Assembly: GCF_006345805.1 (NCBI RefSeq)
Contig: NC_043008.1
Coordinates: 66,774,001-66,838,000 of the forward strand
Source: Octopus sinensis
Taxonomy: Eukaryota
Direction of reading: 5' to 3'
Length of the DNA: 64,000 nt
Shown here: piece after piece, positions 1 through 12,446 of the stretch
Layout of the letters: each line of letters starts with the position of its first letter
How positions within the stretch are numbered: the stretch's first letter is position 1
The notes under the pieces: model-generated
The model's input: only the letters and a program-made list of their open reading frames with translations
Databases searched by the model: none
What the model was told of the DNA's origin: nothing
Translations under genes and position numbers: made by a program

Positions 1-636
1 TACAAATACACTCTCTCAGGGAGATATGATATACCTATTATTATGGGTAATACTACATGTACATTTTTATAGTGTGATGTAACTCTTTGGAATAACAATG
101 CATGCAGCTGAAGAGAGCTTTAAACCATCTTTTATATCTATTATACACTGATGTAAGAACAGGTCGTTTATAAAGCTTGAAACACGTGTACAGAGACATC
201 CTTTGTGTTCTGTTTTTGATTTTATTTGATATATACCCTCTCACCTCTGCCACTAGCTGGCGCATACAGGTGCTTACACTTATCAAGTATTCACCCTAAA
301 TTTGCAGTACCTACTTTATATTTATATATGTATACATCTATGTGTATGTGTGTATGTCTCTGTGTCTGTGTTTGTCCCCCTTTATCACTTGACAACTGGT
401 GGTGGTGTGTTTATGTCCCTGTAACTTTGCAGTTTGGCAACAGAGTACCTAGGGTCAATTTGTTCAACTAAAACCCTTCAAGGCAGTGCTCCAGCATGGC
501 TGAAGTCAAATGACTGAAACAAGTAAAAGATAAAAGAAAGATGAAAGATATTTGATTTTGATTTTGATTTTTCCAGTTTCAGCTCATAAGCTGTGGCCAT
601 GCTGGGGCACCGCCATTATTTTATAATATATATTAC

Positions 637-890
637 TCTTTACTCTTTTTACTCTTTTACTTGTTTCAGTCTATTGACTGCGGCCATGCTGGAGCACCAC
701 CTTTAGTCGAGCAAATCGACCCCAGGACTTATTCTTTGTAAGTCCAGTACTTATTCTATCGGTCTCTTTTGCCGAACCGCTAAGTGATGGGGACGTAAAC
801 ACACCAGCATCGGTTGTCAAGCAATGCTGGAGGGACAAACACAGACACACAAACATACACACACATATATATATATATATACATATACCA
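637..890 (-). mobile_element. SINE family A, 3' half
   Basis: Reverse complement of the family A 3' body with its (GTAAAAGA)n tail. Nearly identical to 1087-1325. Confidence 0.85.
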
Positions 891-1050
891 ACAGATGTTG
901 GTGTGTTTATGTCTCTTTAACTTAGTGGTTTGACAAAAGAGACCGACAGAATGAGTACTAGGCTTACAAAGAATAAGTCCTGGGGTCGATTTCTTTGGCT
1001 AAAAGTGGTGCTCCAGCATGGCTGCAGTCTAACCACTAAAACAAATAAAA
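890..1050 (+). mobile_element. SINE family A, 3' fragment
   Basis: gagaccgacagaatgagtactaggcttacaaagaataagtcctggggtcga...gctccagcatggc matches the family A 3' body. A similar older piece lies at about 330-535. Confidence 0.75.
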
Positions 1051-1086
1051 GAATAAAAGAATATATATATATATATAGTATATATA

Positions 1087-1491
1087 CTCTTTTACTCTTT
1101 TACTTGTTTCAGTCATTTGACTGTGGCCATGCTGGAGCACCGCCTTCAGTCGAGCAAATCGACCCCAGGACTTATTCTTTGTAAGTCCAGTACTTATTCT
1201 ATCGGTCTCTTTTGCCGAACCGCTAAGTGACGGGGACGTAAACACACCAGCATCGGTTGTCAAGCAATGCTGGAGGGACAAACACAGACACACAAACATA
1301 CACACACATATATATATATACATATATACGACGGGCTTCTTTCAGTTTCCATCTACCAAATCCACTCACAAGGCTTTGGTCGGCCCGAGGCTATAGCAGA
1401 AGACACTTGCCCAAGATGCCACACAGTGGGACTGAACCTGGAACCATGTGGTTGGTAAGCTAGCTACTTACCACACAGCCACTCCTGCGCC
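1087..1491 (-). mobile_element. SINE family A, full length (tRNA-derived, CORE-like middle)
   Basis: Head GGCGCAGGAGTGGCTGTGTGGTAAG with A box and GGTTCAGTCCC B-box-like motif, TTGGGCAAGTGTCTT CORE-like segment, internal (TA/TG)n and a tandem tail. Resembles described octopus OK/OR-type SINEs (from memory). Confidence 0.9.
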
Positions 1492-2329
1492 TATATATGT
1501 ATGTTTAAATAAATAAATATATATATATATATGCATATACACACATACACATTATTTATAGTTTAACAAAGCAACCAATGGTTTCCTTAAGGAGCTCTTG
1601 ACAATTGTTCAAGTGTGCCACATGGAGCGTTGGTACTCATGTTTATTTTGGATGAGAATACATGAGATTACACAAGACTGAACAGGATTTTAATATAAAT
1701 ACACAGATCATAGGAAATATCTTATAAGAATATCTTCATTGTGATCTCTCTGGATTCTTACAAGAAATTACGTTCATGAAAGATGAATAATTTTTTCATT
1801 ATCTTATGTGGGAATGCTTGAGCACACCCATATCTATAAATATATAGATACATGTAGACTTTTATGTTCAGTCAAGAATCGGATCATCCTCGCAATTTCG
1901 GCAGATTAATCTTGAGATTGCTCCAATCTGGCCAGCCCCAAGGAAAAGCTAAGCTAAGAGCATTAGATTCCTTGGAAGAAAGCATCAAATGTATACGAAA
2001 CAAGGACGGAAAAACAGACGATGTTACACGAATATGAATACAAAAATATAAAAAACAATAATAATAATAGTAACAGGACATAACAACAGGCGTCTTTCGA
2101 CTGGGGACAAATTGAATTCAGCTGGCGTGTGTGGAAATGAAGCCTTGCGGCAGAGGGAAGAATATCGATGTGGCAGTGACCATGGTCAAACACAAAAAGG
2201 GCTAGCAGTCAGCCAACAGTCACATGAGAAGAGAATAGAGAGAAAAAGAGGAAGAAAGGATTTAAGGAGGGGGAGAAGAGAGAGAGTATGTAGAAGTAGA
2301 TAGATGGAAGAATCAAGGAGTGGCGAGAA

Positions 2330-2445
2330 ATGTATGTATATATATATATGCATATATATATATTTATATATATATAAAGATATAGATCATAGACAAATAG
2401 ATAGATATATACATACATATATATATATATACATACATACATACA

Positions 2446-2479
<34 letters not shown>

Positions 2480-2540
2480 CATACATACATACATACATAC
2501 ATACATACATACATACATACATACATACATACATACAAAT
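2330..2540. repeat. (TA)n/(ATAC)n compound microsatellite
   Basis: Directly visible tandem repeat. Confidence 0.95.
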
Positions 2541-3208
2541 AAAAAAATACCCTGTTGATGTTGAAATTCCAATGAAGGAGTCTTAGATCTAGGTTAGAAA
2601 CTGGCTCTTTCTCTATTGGCAAGAAATCTTGAAATAAAACTGAACAATGACATACATACATATACACACCCTTGCAACATGCGTTTTGTCAATGATTGTG
2701 TATGTGCATATAATTATTTATGTGATCTTATAGATTATTGATGCGAAACTTGGTGCATGGATTTGTGAGGTCATAAATATATACATATACTTTTCTTATG
2801 AATCATGTGATCTCATGAACATGTGCTATGCATATAGATCTATGTAGGTATGAAATCCAGCATAAGTTCATGGGAGTATACACCTAAACCATAATGTGCA
2901 TATAATTAATTATATACATATGAATATGTATATATATATACATATATATATATACATATAATTGTATATGTATATGTATATAGATATAGTTATACACATG
3001 TATTTATATTAATGCTTGTTTTTTATGTTTAGTTATAATAAAAACAATTTTTCATTAATATGTTGGGTTACTCTTTACTTTTGTAGAGAGCAAATTTATT
3101 ACTTTTATAAAAGAACATTGTTGATTGCCTATCTGACAATGGCTTAGGTGGCCGAAAACTTTGAAGTCATTTTCAACAACATTCTTGCATATGAATAGCA
3201 AATTTGTA

Positions 3209-3243
<35 letters not shown>

Positions 3244-3246
<3 letters not shown>

Positions 3247-3530
3247 TCATCATCATCATCGTTTAACATCCGTTTTCCATGCTGGCATGGGTTGGACAGT
3301 TTGACTGGTGTATAGGAAGCCAGGAGTCTGAACCAGGCGCCAATCTGATCTGGCAGTGTTTCTACAGCTGGATGCCCTTCCTAATGCCAACCACCCAGAG
3401 AGTGTAGTGGCTGCTTTTTACGTGCCACGGGCACAGAAGCCAGTCAAGGCAGCACTGGCATTGGCTACATTCAGTTGGTGCTTTTTATGTGCCACCAGCA
3501 TAGAAGCCAATCAAGGCGGCACTGGCCACA
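3244..3530 (-). mobile_element. SINE with (GAT)n tail, RTE-partner type, 3' part
   Basis: Minus strand carries GGTTGGCATTAGGAAGGGCATCCAGCTGTAGAAAC and ends in (GAT)n. It has an internal tandem duplication of the ggcactggc...tttttatgtgccac segment. Confidence 0.6.
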
Positions 3531-3868
3531 TATGTACACACACACATGTATGTATGTATGTATGTATGTATGTATGTGTGCATGTATGTATGCATGTATG
3601 TATGTATGTGTGTATGTATATATATATATATATATATATATAAGAAATATTGAATTTCTAAATCTCTCGTAGAGACATGTACGGTGGTGGGGCGATAGAA
3701 TGGTTGTATACTGTCAATCTAACAAAAACGTGACAGTAGGGGGTACACCACCGCTGTATAGCCCTAGGAGGCATCGAACGCCTCCTGATAGCTTTGACAC
3801 ATTTTTTCCCTATATCCTTATATACATATACGAAGGGGAGACAAACACCCCCAGCTGCCGGTACTGCA

Positions 3869-3914
3869 TCTAGGGACACCGTGTTTCAGGATCGTTGTCC
3901 TTCATCGGCCTAGA
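3869..3914 (-). ncRNA. Type I hammerhead ribozyme-like motif (U4C core variant)
   Basis: Minus strand TCTAGG-CCGATGA-AGGA caacga TCCT-GAAA-CAC G GTG-TC-CCTAGA. Stem I is 6 bp, stem II is 4 bp, stem III is near-palindromic, and the cleavage triplet is GUC. Confidence 0.6.
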
Positions 3915-4643
3915 GTATATATATATATATATAAAATAAGTAACGATTGAAGGGACAGATATCAATATATTACAGCCATTGAAAAAAAAAATTTTATTGA
4001 TAAATGAATGCATTATATCATTATAAAAAATTCTTCAGATGGATACATGAATCTTACAATCAAGGACATTTAAAATAATTCCAAAAGATTATTTAAAAAC
4101 CACCAGCAACATACATATTCTGTGATTCTGCTACTAGCTTAGTTGCAGAATCTGCTTCCCAAAACAATATACATTTAATCAGTTTAGTGGAAAGGGATTT
4201 GCTGTGGTTTTTAAATCATTCTAAAAAATCATTTTCAATGTCTTTGATTGTAAGATTCATGTATTCATCAGAAGGAAAATAGTTATTTATAATGATATAA
4301 TGTACTCATTTATCAATTGAAAATTTCATTAGAAAAGGCTGTAATGGATTGACACTTGTCCTTCAATTGTTACTTATTTATTTTTAATTCACTAATCTCA
4401 GAACATGCTCCTCATGTCTTCTGAAGTATATCATGGACTGTATATTTAATAAAATGTACATTTCTGAATAGCTCAGGAGAGGATTATATACCCAATTGGG
4501 TGAAATCAACTGCATACATTACTAGAATATCATTCTGCCAGTACTTCTGTACCAAGGTTGGTATTCATATAAAAATTGCTCTGTGTGCTTTTTATTCCAA
4601 CCTAACTAGGTGTCTCAACCTTCTTCAGCTGAATCTTGTTTAC

Positions 4644-4690
<47 letters not shown>

Positions 4691-5132
4691 ATACAAATGG
4701 TAAGAGAACAAAATAATGAAAGAGACCTCGATATTATGTAAATAGAGGAATTTATCTGTAAATATGTGACAATTATTCGGTAGCCATGATATGTATAAAT
4801 GAATACAAATGGGTTTTCTGATAATTTTTCCATTTTACTTATAGATAGCCATGGATTAGCTAATCTAGGGCTACCTATATTGTTATGAATTGCCACTGGC
4901 TTGATCCTTCAATTTCAACCTGTGTGTAATTTTGTGATTTTTAATGTGGTGAGATGATTTACTGTCTACTTTCAGCATATAGGGTAGAAATGTTTTCTAT
5001 GTCCTTAATTATAATTATATATATGATTTCACATTAATTGGTCTATTCTTTATATGTTGGCCACTGATAAAATAAAAAAAAAATTTATTGATTTTTATTA
5101 ATACATATATGATGTACATATATACACACACA

Positions 5133-5170
<38 letters not shown>

Positions 5171-5659
5171 CGCAGCTCTGAGCTGAAACTAGAAAAAAAA
5201 ATATATATATATATTTATATTTATATATATGTATATGCATGCATGTCCATATATGTTTATATATATGTACATAAATATATATATGTGAATATATATATGT
5301 GAATATATATATATATGTGTGTGAGTGTGTGTGCGTGTGTGTGTGTATATGTATGTATGGTATGTATGTATATATATATATGTCCATTTGCACGTGACTG
5401 TGTCACATGATATTGTATCATATATATGAATAAATTTCATGGGTGTGAATGATGTCACTGCCAATGCTAATTTGCTAATTATTTCTAATTACACTATCAG
5501 TAATAGTTAAAGATAACCAACATTAATAATTCCATCTGCCTTAATTAGACTATCAATCTATTACTAAAAACAATAAATAAACAAATTTTTATTGATTAGA
5601 ATATTATCTAATTTGAAATATTTCATTAAGAGAATTCGAAATAGAAACAAGAAAGGTAT

Positions 5660-5688
5660 AAATGATGAGGATGATGATGATGATGATT

Positions 5689-5720
<32 letters not shown>

Positions 5721-5860
5721 GGTGGTGGTGGTGTGGTGTGGTAGTGGTGGTGGTGGTGGTGGTGGGTGGTGGTGGTGTGGTAGTGGTGGTGGTGACGATG
5801 ATGATGATGGTTATGATGGTGGTGGGTATTTTATGATGATGGTCATGATCATCATCATCA
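5660..5860. repeat. (ATG)n/(GTG)n trinucleotide low-complexity tract
   Basis: Directly visible. Confidence 0.95.
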
Positions 5861-6408
5861 TGGTAAAATTCTTTTCTTTATTTAGCTACAGAAGGTAATT
5901 TCATTCAATTTTATTCATTTTCACCGAATTACATTCAATTACAGCAGACTAAGTCATAAAACTAAGGAAGGGGTACACAAGAACAGGAAATGACAAAAAC
6001 ACAAGAAGACAAAAAAAAATATACAAAAGACAAAAGCAAGGAGAAGGATTGATTAGGGATTTGATACAAAACAGACACTTTACATGACACTTTACAAGTT
6101 GCGCAATAAAAAAAATATACATCACTACGACCACCATCATCATCATCATCCTCATCATCCTCATCATCATCATCATTTTATTGTTCACTTTTCCAAATGG
6201 GGCAAATGGGGTTCATTGAGGTAGATTTTTTTCCCTGGCCAGATGCCTTTCCTGTTTCCAAGTAAGGTAATAAATATTCCCTCAATTGCCAGACATTCTC
6301 GCAGAATTTTGAAAATGAACAACACTGCTTATATGACACTGACACCCTTTTACAACTTTCATGCGATGTCAAGGCAAAAAGGCAGAAACATATACACACT
6401 CACACATG

Positions 6409-6441
<33 letters not shown>

Positions 6442-6609
6442 TCACACACATGCACACACACACACATACCTACCTATTTACTTATCTACCTACCAACCTA
6501 CCTACATACATATATACATACATACATACATACATACATTTTCTCCAAATAAATAGATAAATAATGTGATACCCTTCTATGAATAGAGATAAAGGTTGTA
6601 TATGTATAT

Positions 6610-6651
<42 letters not shown>

Positions 6652-6660
6652 ACACAAATA

Positions 6661-6990
6661 GGTGAAAGCATATGGTTTAGTGGTTAGGGTATTTGGTTCG
6701 CAACCTTGCAATTGTGAGTTCAATTCCTGGTGATGCACTGTGTCCTTGGACAAGACACTTTATTTCATGTTGTTTCCGTCCACTCAACTGGCAAAAATGT
6801 GTAGTACCTGTATTTCAAAGGGTCAGCCTTGTCATACTCTATGTAATGCTGAATCTCTCTGAGAACTACGTTAAGGCTACATATATCTGTGGAGTACTCA
6901 GCCACTTGCATGTTAATTTCACGAGCAGGCTGTTCCATTGATTGTATCAACTAGAACCCTTGTCATTGTAACTGATGGACTGCCAGGCTG
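6661..6990 (+). mobile_element. tRNA-derived SINE, minor family E (CORE-like)
   Basis: Head TGGTTTAGTGGTTAGGG...GAGTTCAATTCC, then TGTGTCCTTGGACAAGACAC. A related older minus-strand copy lies at about 29840-30180. Confidence 0.7.
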
Positions 6991-8979
6991 TTCCCTTGAT
7001 GTATGTATGTATGTATGTATGTGTGTAGTTGTTGTTGTTGTTGTTAAGCAAGAAGACAGGTAAGGGTGATTAGGTGATGGTCTAGGGCTTAGGGGCGGGA
7101 GACTCCAGACCTTGGAAAAAAAACTTTGGTCATCTTGTTGTAGTCGAGGGCTCTTCGTTGACACCAAACACCACTGGGAGGTGGCCCTCGAAGTCACTGG
7201 AAATGGGGATCTCCAGGTCCAAATTCTTAAATGGCTGTATGTGTGTATGTGTGTATGTATGTATGTATGTATGTATGTATGTATGTATGTATGTATGTAT
7301 GTATGTATGCATGCATGTATGTATGATTGTATCAAACAAAATAGTAATTAATGAAATTCCAACTTAGTCTGATATTCACATTTTATTATTAGTAATTTTT
7401 ACAATTTTATAATAGTACTTTTATGCATTATGCAATCATGATGACGATGATGATTAATTAACCCTTTTTTGTTTAGTAGAATACATTTTTATTAAACTTC
7501 AACAAGGAAAAGTTTGAAGTTTGCTCATCTTCATCAGACTAGACTGATGAAGGCACCAAAGCATTTTGTGGGGAAAATTTAGAACACTTTCATATTTAGT
7601 ACAATTATATGAAACAGATGTAAATGAATTAGACTACAAACCTACCAATATTTAGGAATCAATGAATTTGGAGAGAATAAAACTCACACAGATGAAAGAA
7701 AAGGATTAGGAAGGAATTTCATAAGTGGATTTGATTAGACAACCAAATATAAAAATATGAGGTAATAGCCATTGATATTCTAAATGTACCAGTAATTACT
7801 TACAGCTAAAATATTCTCAACTGAAAATTAAATGAATTATCAAGAATTATCAAGAAGTTTCCTTCTACCAAATTTCCTTCACTAGGTATTGGTTGACTTG
7901 CAGGAGAATCAGACTTGTAACCAGATGATTGCAAAGCAAACTTCCTTAACTTCATAGCCCCAACCACTGGCTTGTGTACCATCATTTCTGGTATACAGGT
8001 TGAATTTTTCAGACCAAAATTTACAGCCCCCACCAATCCAATTTAGGTTGACTGAAACACTAAGACAACTTTGGAGGACCAAATATTTTATGTTAAATGC
8101 AGCAAGATTTGGTTTTAAAAAATGACAACATTTGAATATTTATACTATATACTATGCTGACTTGTATAGCAGAAAATACAGCATTGTGTTATGTTAAAAG
8201 GTCTTATTCCTGTTGTGAAACCTACCTCAGTTTGTGAATTCACAATAGTCTTTGTTTAGAGATGACTGTCAACTTTCTCCTCCTGTCTTTTGTCTTTTTT
8301 TTAAAAAAACAGTGGTGTCTCTATATGGTTACTCAAGTTGCAAGAAATAACAGCTAAAATAATTCATATCAAATCTACTCTCTTGAACATAAAAAACACA
8401 TTGGACAATGTAGTCCTAAGTAAAAAAAAAAACAGATGGTATGGTTGCAATTAGAATAGAAAGCCTTTAATCATAGTTCTGTTCAATCCAAGCTAACCTG
8501 AGGCTAAATAACTACAGCGACAAAACAACAAAGGAGTGATGTACATTTTAAAATCAGATCCACCACCTTTGATAGCTGTTGCTTGTTGCATTTGTGCACT
8601 TGATTGACACAGTAATTAAAAAAACTGATCTTTAGAGACTCCATATGTTGTATTTAATGTGTTTTACAGTAATTTACTTATTGTTAACTAAATGAAAAGC
8701 TTATCACGATGTAAAAGCCACAACAATGCCATTAATGAGATAAAATGAATTTTGTTCAATATCTAGGATACAGATGGCTCTAATCACAATTTTTTAGACC
8801 TTTTAGTTAGGAGGGAAAGGCAGTACCTATGATCCATTACAGGGCCCTTGAGGAAGGTATCGTTAAAGTAGATTCCTGGCCCAAATGCTTGCAACAGAGT
8901 GGACTTCAGTATAGGTACCTCAAGGTGCTAGGGAGTGTTGTTAAACTTGGTGATTTGTTAAGTCTACAACCAAAGTAAG

Positions 8980-9340
8980 TCAAGGTGGAATTTGAACTCA
9001 GAAAGGAAAGAACTAAAACAAGCACTGCTAGGCATCTGGTCTAATGTTCTTATAGCTCCACTAGTTCACCACCTTGGATTGGTATGTTTTTATTGATCCT
9101 GAAAGGATGAAAGGTAAAGTTAACATCAGTAGGATTTGGACTCAGAGCACAGAGAGCCAAAACAACTGCTGACATTTTACAGTTCCATCAAACTACCATC
9201 TCAAATTGGTACCTTTTTATAGACCCCTGAAAGGACGACAAGCAAAGTTAGTTTAAGTGGGTTTGAACTCAGAATGCAGAAAGTCAAGTCAGATACATGA
9301 AGCATTCAGACTGATACTCTAACAACTGACCCATTCTGCC
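8980..9340 (-). mobile_element. Three degenerate SINE family B fragments in tandem
   Basis: Repeated aaggtggaatttgaactcag and gaaaggatgaaagg motifs. Confidence 0.6.
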
Positions 9341-10034
9341 ACTTTTATTTATATCACTGAGACACAATGTTAAATAATAGACAACAAACAGAGAACCATT
9401 TTGGCTTCAAGTGAATTTCAAACACTAAGTTGAAATGAAGCCATAAAAGTTCTGCAACTCAAACCTACCGATGAGAGTGAATTTAACTTAAATTGACTGA
9501 GGGATCTTTTCTGTTTGGTTGCATCTGTGGAAATTTCAAAGTCTAGTGAAAATTTTAAAAGTTTGTGTATTGATGTAATTTTCTGAATTTCAGGGGATAT
9601 TTAACTTTCTCCAGAGATATTTCTTTTAAAAATTAATAAGTTTCATCATTTTTACCCAATCAGAAAACAGGATTTGGAAGCTGTAAATTTGTGTGTGACT
9701 ACATGAGTTGCCAACATTCTGGAAATAGCATATTTTGATATGAAACTAAATAAATCAAATTCTGCTTTATGCACGACATATAACCTCTCATAACTTATTT
9801 ATTTTTTGGAATTTTCAGAAAATTTTTACAAATTTATATTCTACACATGGGAATTCATACAATTTCATATGATTATGCATCCTACCAAATAAAAATTGGG
9901 GAGGAGGCGTGATTTAAGGCCTGTTTAGCAATTATTTTTAGCACATCTTATGACCAGGGTACAAGCAACTGATAGGTAGAAGCAGCAGAACACAGTACAT
10001 GGTTTCGCATAGAATATATTTGTTAACATATGTA

Positions 10035-10124
10035 CTGTTCTATATTTTTGCTGATGTTATTATTATTATTATTATTTATCCAGCCCCAAGATTGCAAGTT
10101 CAATTCAAGGCAGTGCCTTGAATA

Positions 10125-10178
<54 letters not shown>

Positions 10179-10365
10179 TATAATAATAATAACAACAACA
10201 ACAACAACACCACCACCACCAACAACAATAATAATAACATCAGCAAAAAATACCTAAGGAATGAAAACCCAGGGTTGGGTTCAAAATTCCACCAGGACAC
10301 CTGATGAAGGCTGGAGAGTATATCAGCAGAAACGTAAATAATGAAAATAATGAACATATGTGCTT
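10035..10365 (+). mobile_element. tRNA-head/hammerhead-tail element, locus 1 (deleted inverted pair)
   Basis: Plus unit: ccccaagattgcaagttcaattc (degenerate B box), (AAT)n, aaaaatacctaaggaatgaaaacccagg, then gacac-CTGATGA(10301)-aggctg...cagca-GAAA(10329). The 3' strand of stem I is deleted. 10035-10076 is a collapsed inverted arm. Confidence 0.75.
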
Positions 10366-10483
10366 TCTCACAGACAAAGGAGTTCTCATGTTTGGCTTGT
10401 TACTATGGAAACAGGCATGAATGTGTCTGTGGCTTAATATTGGCAAAAATTACCCTAAATTTGCAAACTTTAAAAGCTATTAA

Positions 10484-11795
10484 CTCTTTATTTCTTGATT
10501 TATGATGAATATGAATTTCACATCAATGATTAGCAAAGATAACGACATCATTGCACCTAATATGAAATCAATTGAAACAAAAATTGAAGAAATTGAAAAG
10601 TGGCAGCCAAACAGGAAAGATTCATATTATAACATTACACATATATTCAATATTTTTAATGCTGTGACAAAGATGAATAATATTCGAATCTTGTGGTTCT
10701 CCCATTTGAGCAACACAAATTTTTCTGACAATTTTTTTGGTGATTTTTTTACATGTGATATTTTTCAGTGACTTTTTCTGTTACTTTTTTTCCCTCTGAC
10801 TATTTTTGCTGGATTCTAGAAAACATCTATTATAGTATTAGTTTATTTGTCATGTGTTTACCAACATTAACTATAACATGAAATCGAAGTGTTTAACATA
10901 TCAAAACAAGTTTGAATGCTTTCACAATAAGCCTCAACTATTGAACGGGATCAAAGACATAATCGAAGTCATCAACAATGAAATAGTTTTATGAAGATCA
11001 ATAAATTTATGCATCAAAAGAGGAATAAATAAATCATTTATAAAACATAAATGTCCATGGGTCCTGCTTGTAGTATATCGTATCGTAAGATACACAGAGC
11101 GAGAGGTTTGTTAGAACAAACTGGAGAAAAACAACTAAATACAAGAGAGTGTTACAAAATTGGTTGGCGAAGCATTGCTACTTTCCTAAGTAATGGGGGG
11201 CGAGCACATAAGAAAGGCACAGTGGCACATGCCAATCAATTTTTAATTCATTTGTCTTATATTACGCAAAATAGTTCATTAGTTACAACATACGCAATTG
11301 TACTCTACATTCATTAATTTCATCTTTTCAATATCATGTAATAATATCATTATGTATAGAGCTTACAACAACTGATATATGTGTGATATGAAAAAAGATG
11401 AAATTCCAATGCATCGTCCAATATTGGAAGGTTATGACATCAGGGTTTGTTTTGATTCTTCAGATATCAGTGGCTTCAACATATCACAAGAGATTGAACA
11501 TCCAGTTCAAAAACACTAGAGCTAGGTCAAATAAAGTAATGACTGTAGATAGTTCTTCCAAGACCATGTGATTAACAAGGAGAGAAAAAAAGGATCTTTT
11601 CTGTTTGGTTGCACTTTTTGAAATTTCAAAATTAAGTGAAAATTTTCAAATTTAGGGATTTTTTCAGTTTGGCTGCCAATTTTCAGTCTCTTCAATTCCT
11701 GCTTGAGTTGATTTCATATTCGGTGTAATGATATGGTTTTATATGCTAATCACTCCTTTGAAATTCGTTTTCACAATAAATCAACAAATAAAGAG
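10484..11795. mobile_element. Old TTAA-flanked element with about 130-bp imperfect terminal inverted repeats (piggyBac-type non-autonomous?)
   Basis: 10480 TTAACTCTTTATTT...GGCAGCC matches the reverse complement of about 11670-11799 (...AAATAAAGAGTTAA). TTAA is present at both ends and there is no transposase. Confidence 0.5.
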
Positions 11796-11800
11796 TTAAT

Positions 11801-12245
11801 ACAGTTCTATATTTAAGAGATGAGGAACTATGTACATTATTTACAATATTTATAGTTCACGGATATTTATCCTCATCTTGCTTCTTATTAACACAACATT
11901 TCGGCTTCATCAGGTGTCTTGGGGAAATTTCGAACCTGGGTTCTCATTCATAAGGTAGTTTTCGACGTTACTATTGTTATTATTATTATCAAAGAATTCC
12001 TCTCAACATATGGCTATGATGCTCCCCCACTACTTCTGCTCGTGATCAGAGATGGAAATATCATTTAAGGGAAATGGTCAACTGGTTACGGTCAAACAAC
12101 TGACAAGCAAGTCTGTGGTATTGAGCAGAAAATTTGCTGTAGCCCATCTTTTATACCAAGACAAAACAATGTACATGATAACACTTCCAATCAGTTAAGA
12201 AGCCATGAGAGCCACTGTCTGCATCAGGGCATTTATTATTATTAC

Positions 12246-12302
<57 letters not shown>

Positions 12303-12401
12303 CATTATTATTATTATTGTTCAAGATTCTCCAAGATTCCGAGTTCGATTCCAAGCAGTGACCTGAATAATAATAATAATAATAATATAATAATAATAAT
12401 G

Positions 12402-12446
<45 letters not shown>

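Noticed and set aside
1950-2130. GAAGA...GAAA and TTTCG...TCAG patterns resembling hammerheads
   Set aside because: The cores deviate at several invariant positions and stem I cannot form.
7528-7556. CTTCATCAG...CTGATGAAG inverted repeat containing a hammerhead core heptamer
   Set aside because: There is no properly placed stem II-GAAA-UH on either strand.
8880-8945. EWTSV*VPQG resembling the CR1/L2 RT GVPQGS motif
   Set aside because: Too short and unsupported by neighbouring motifs.
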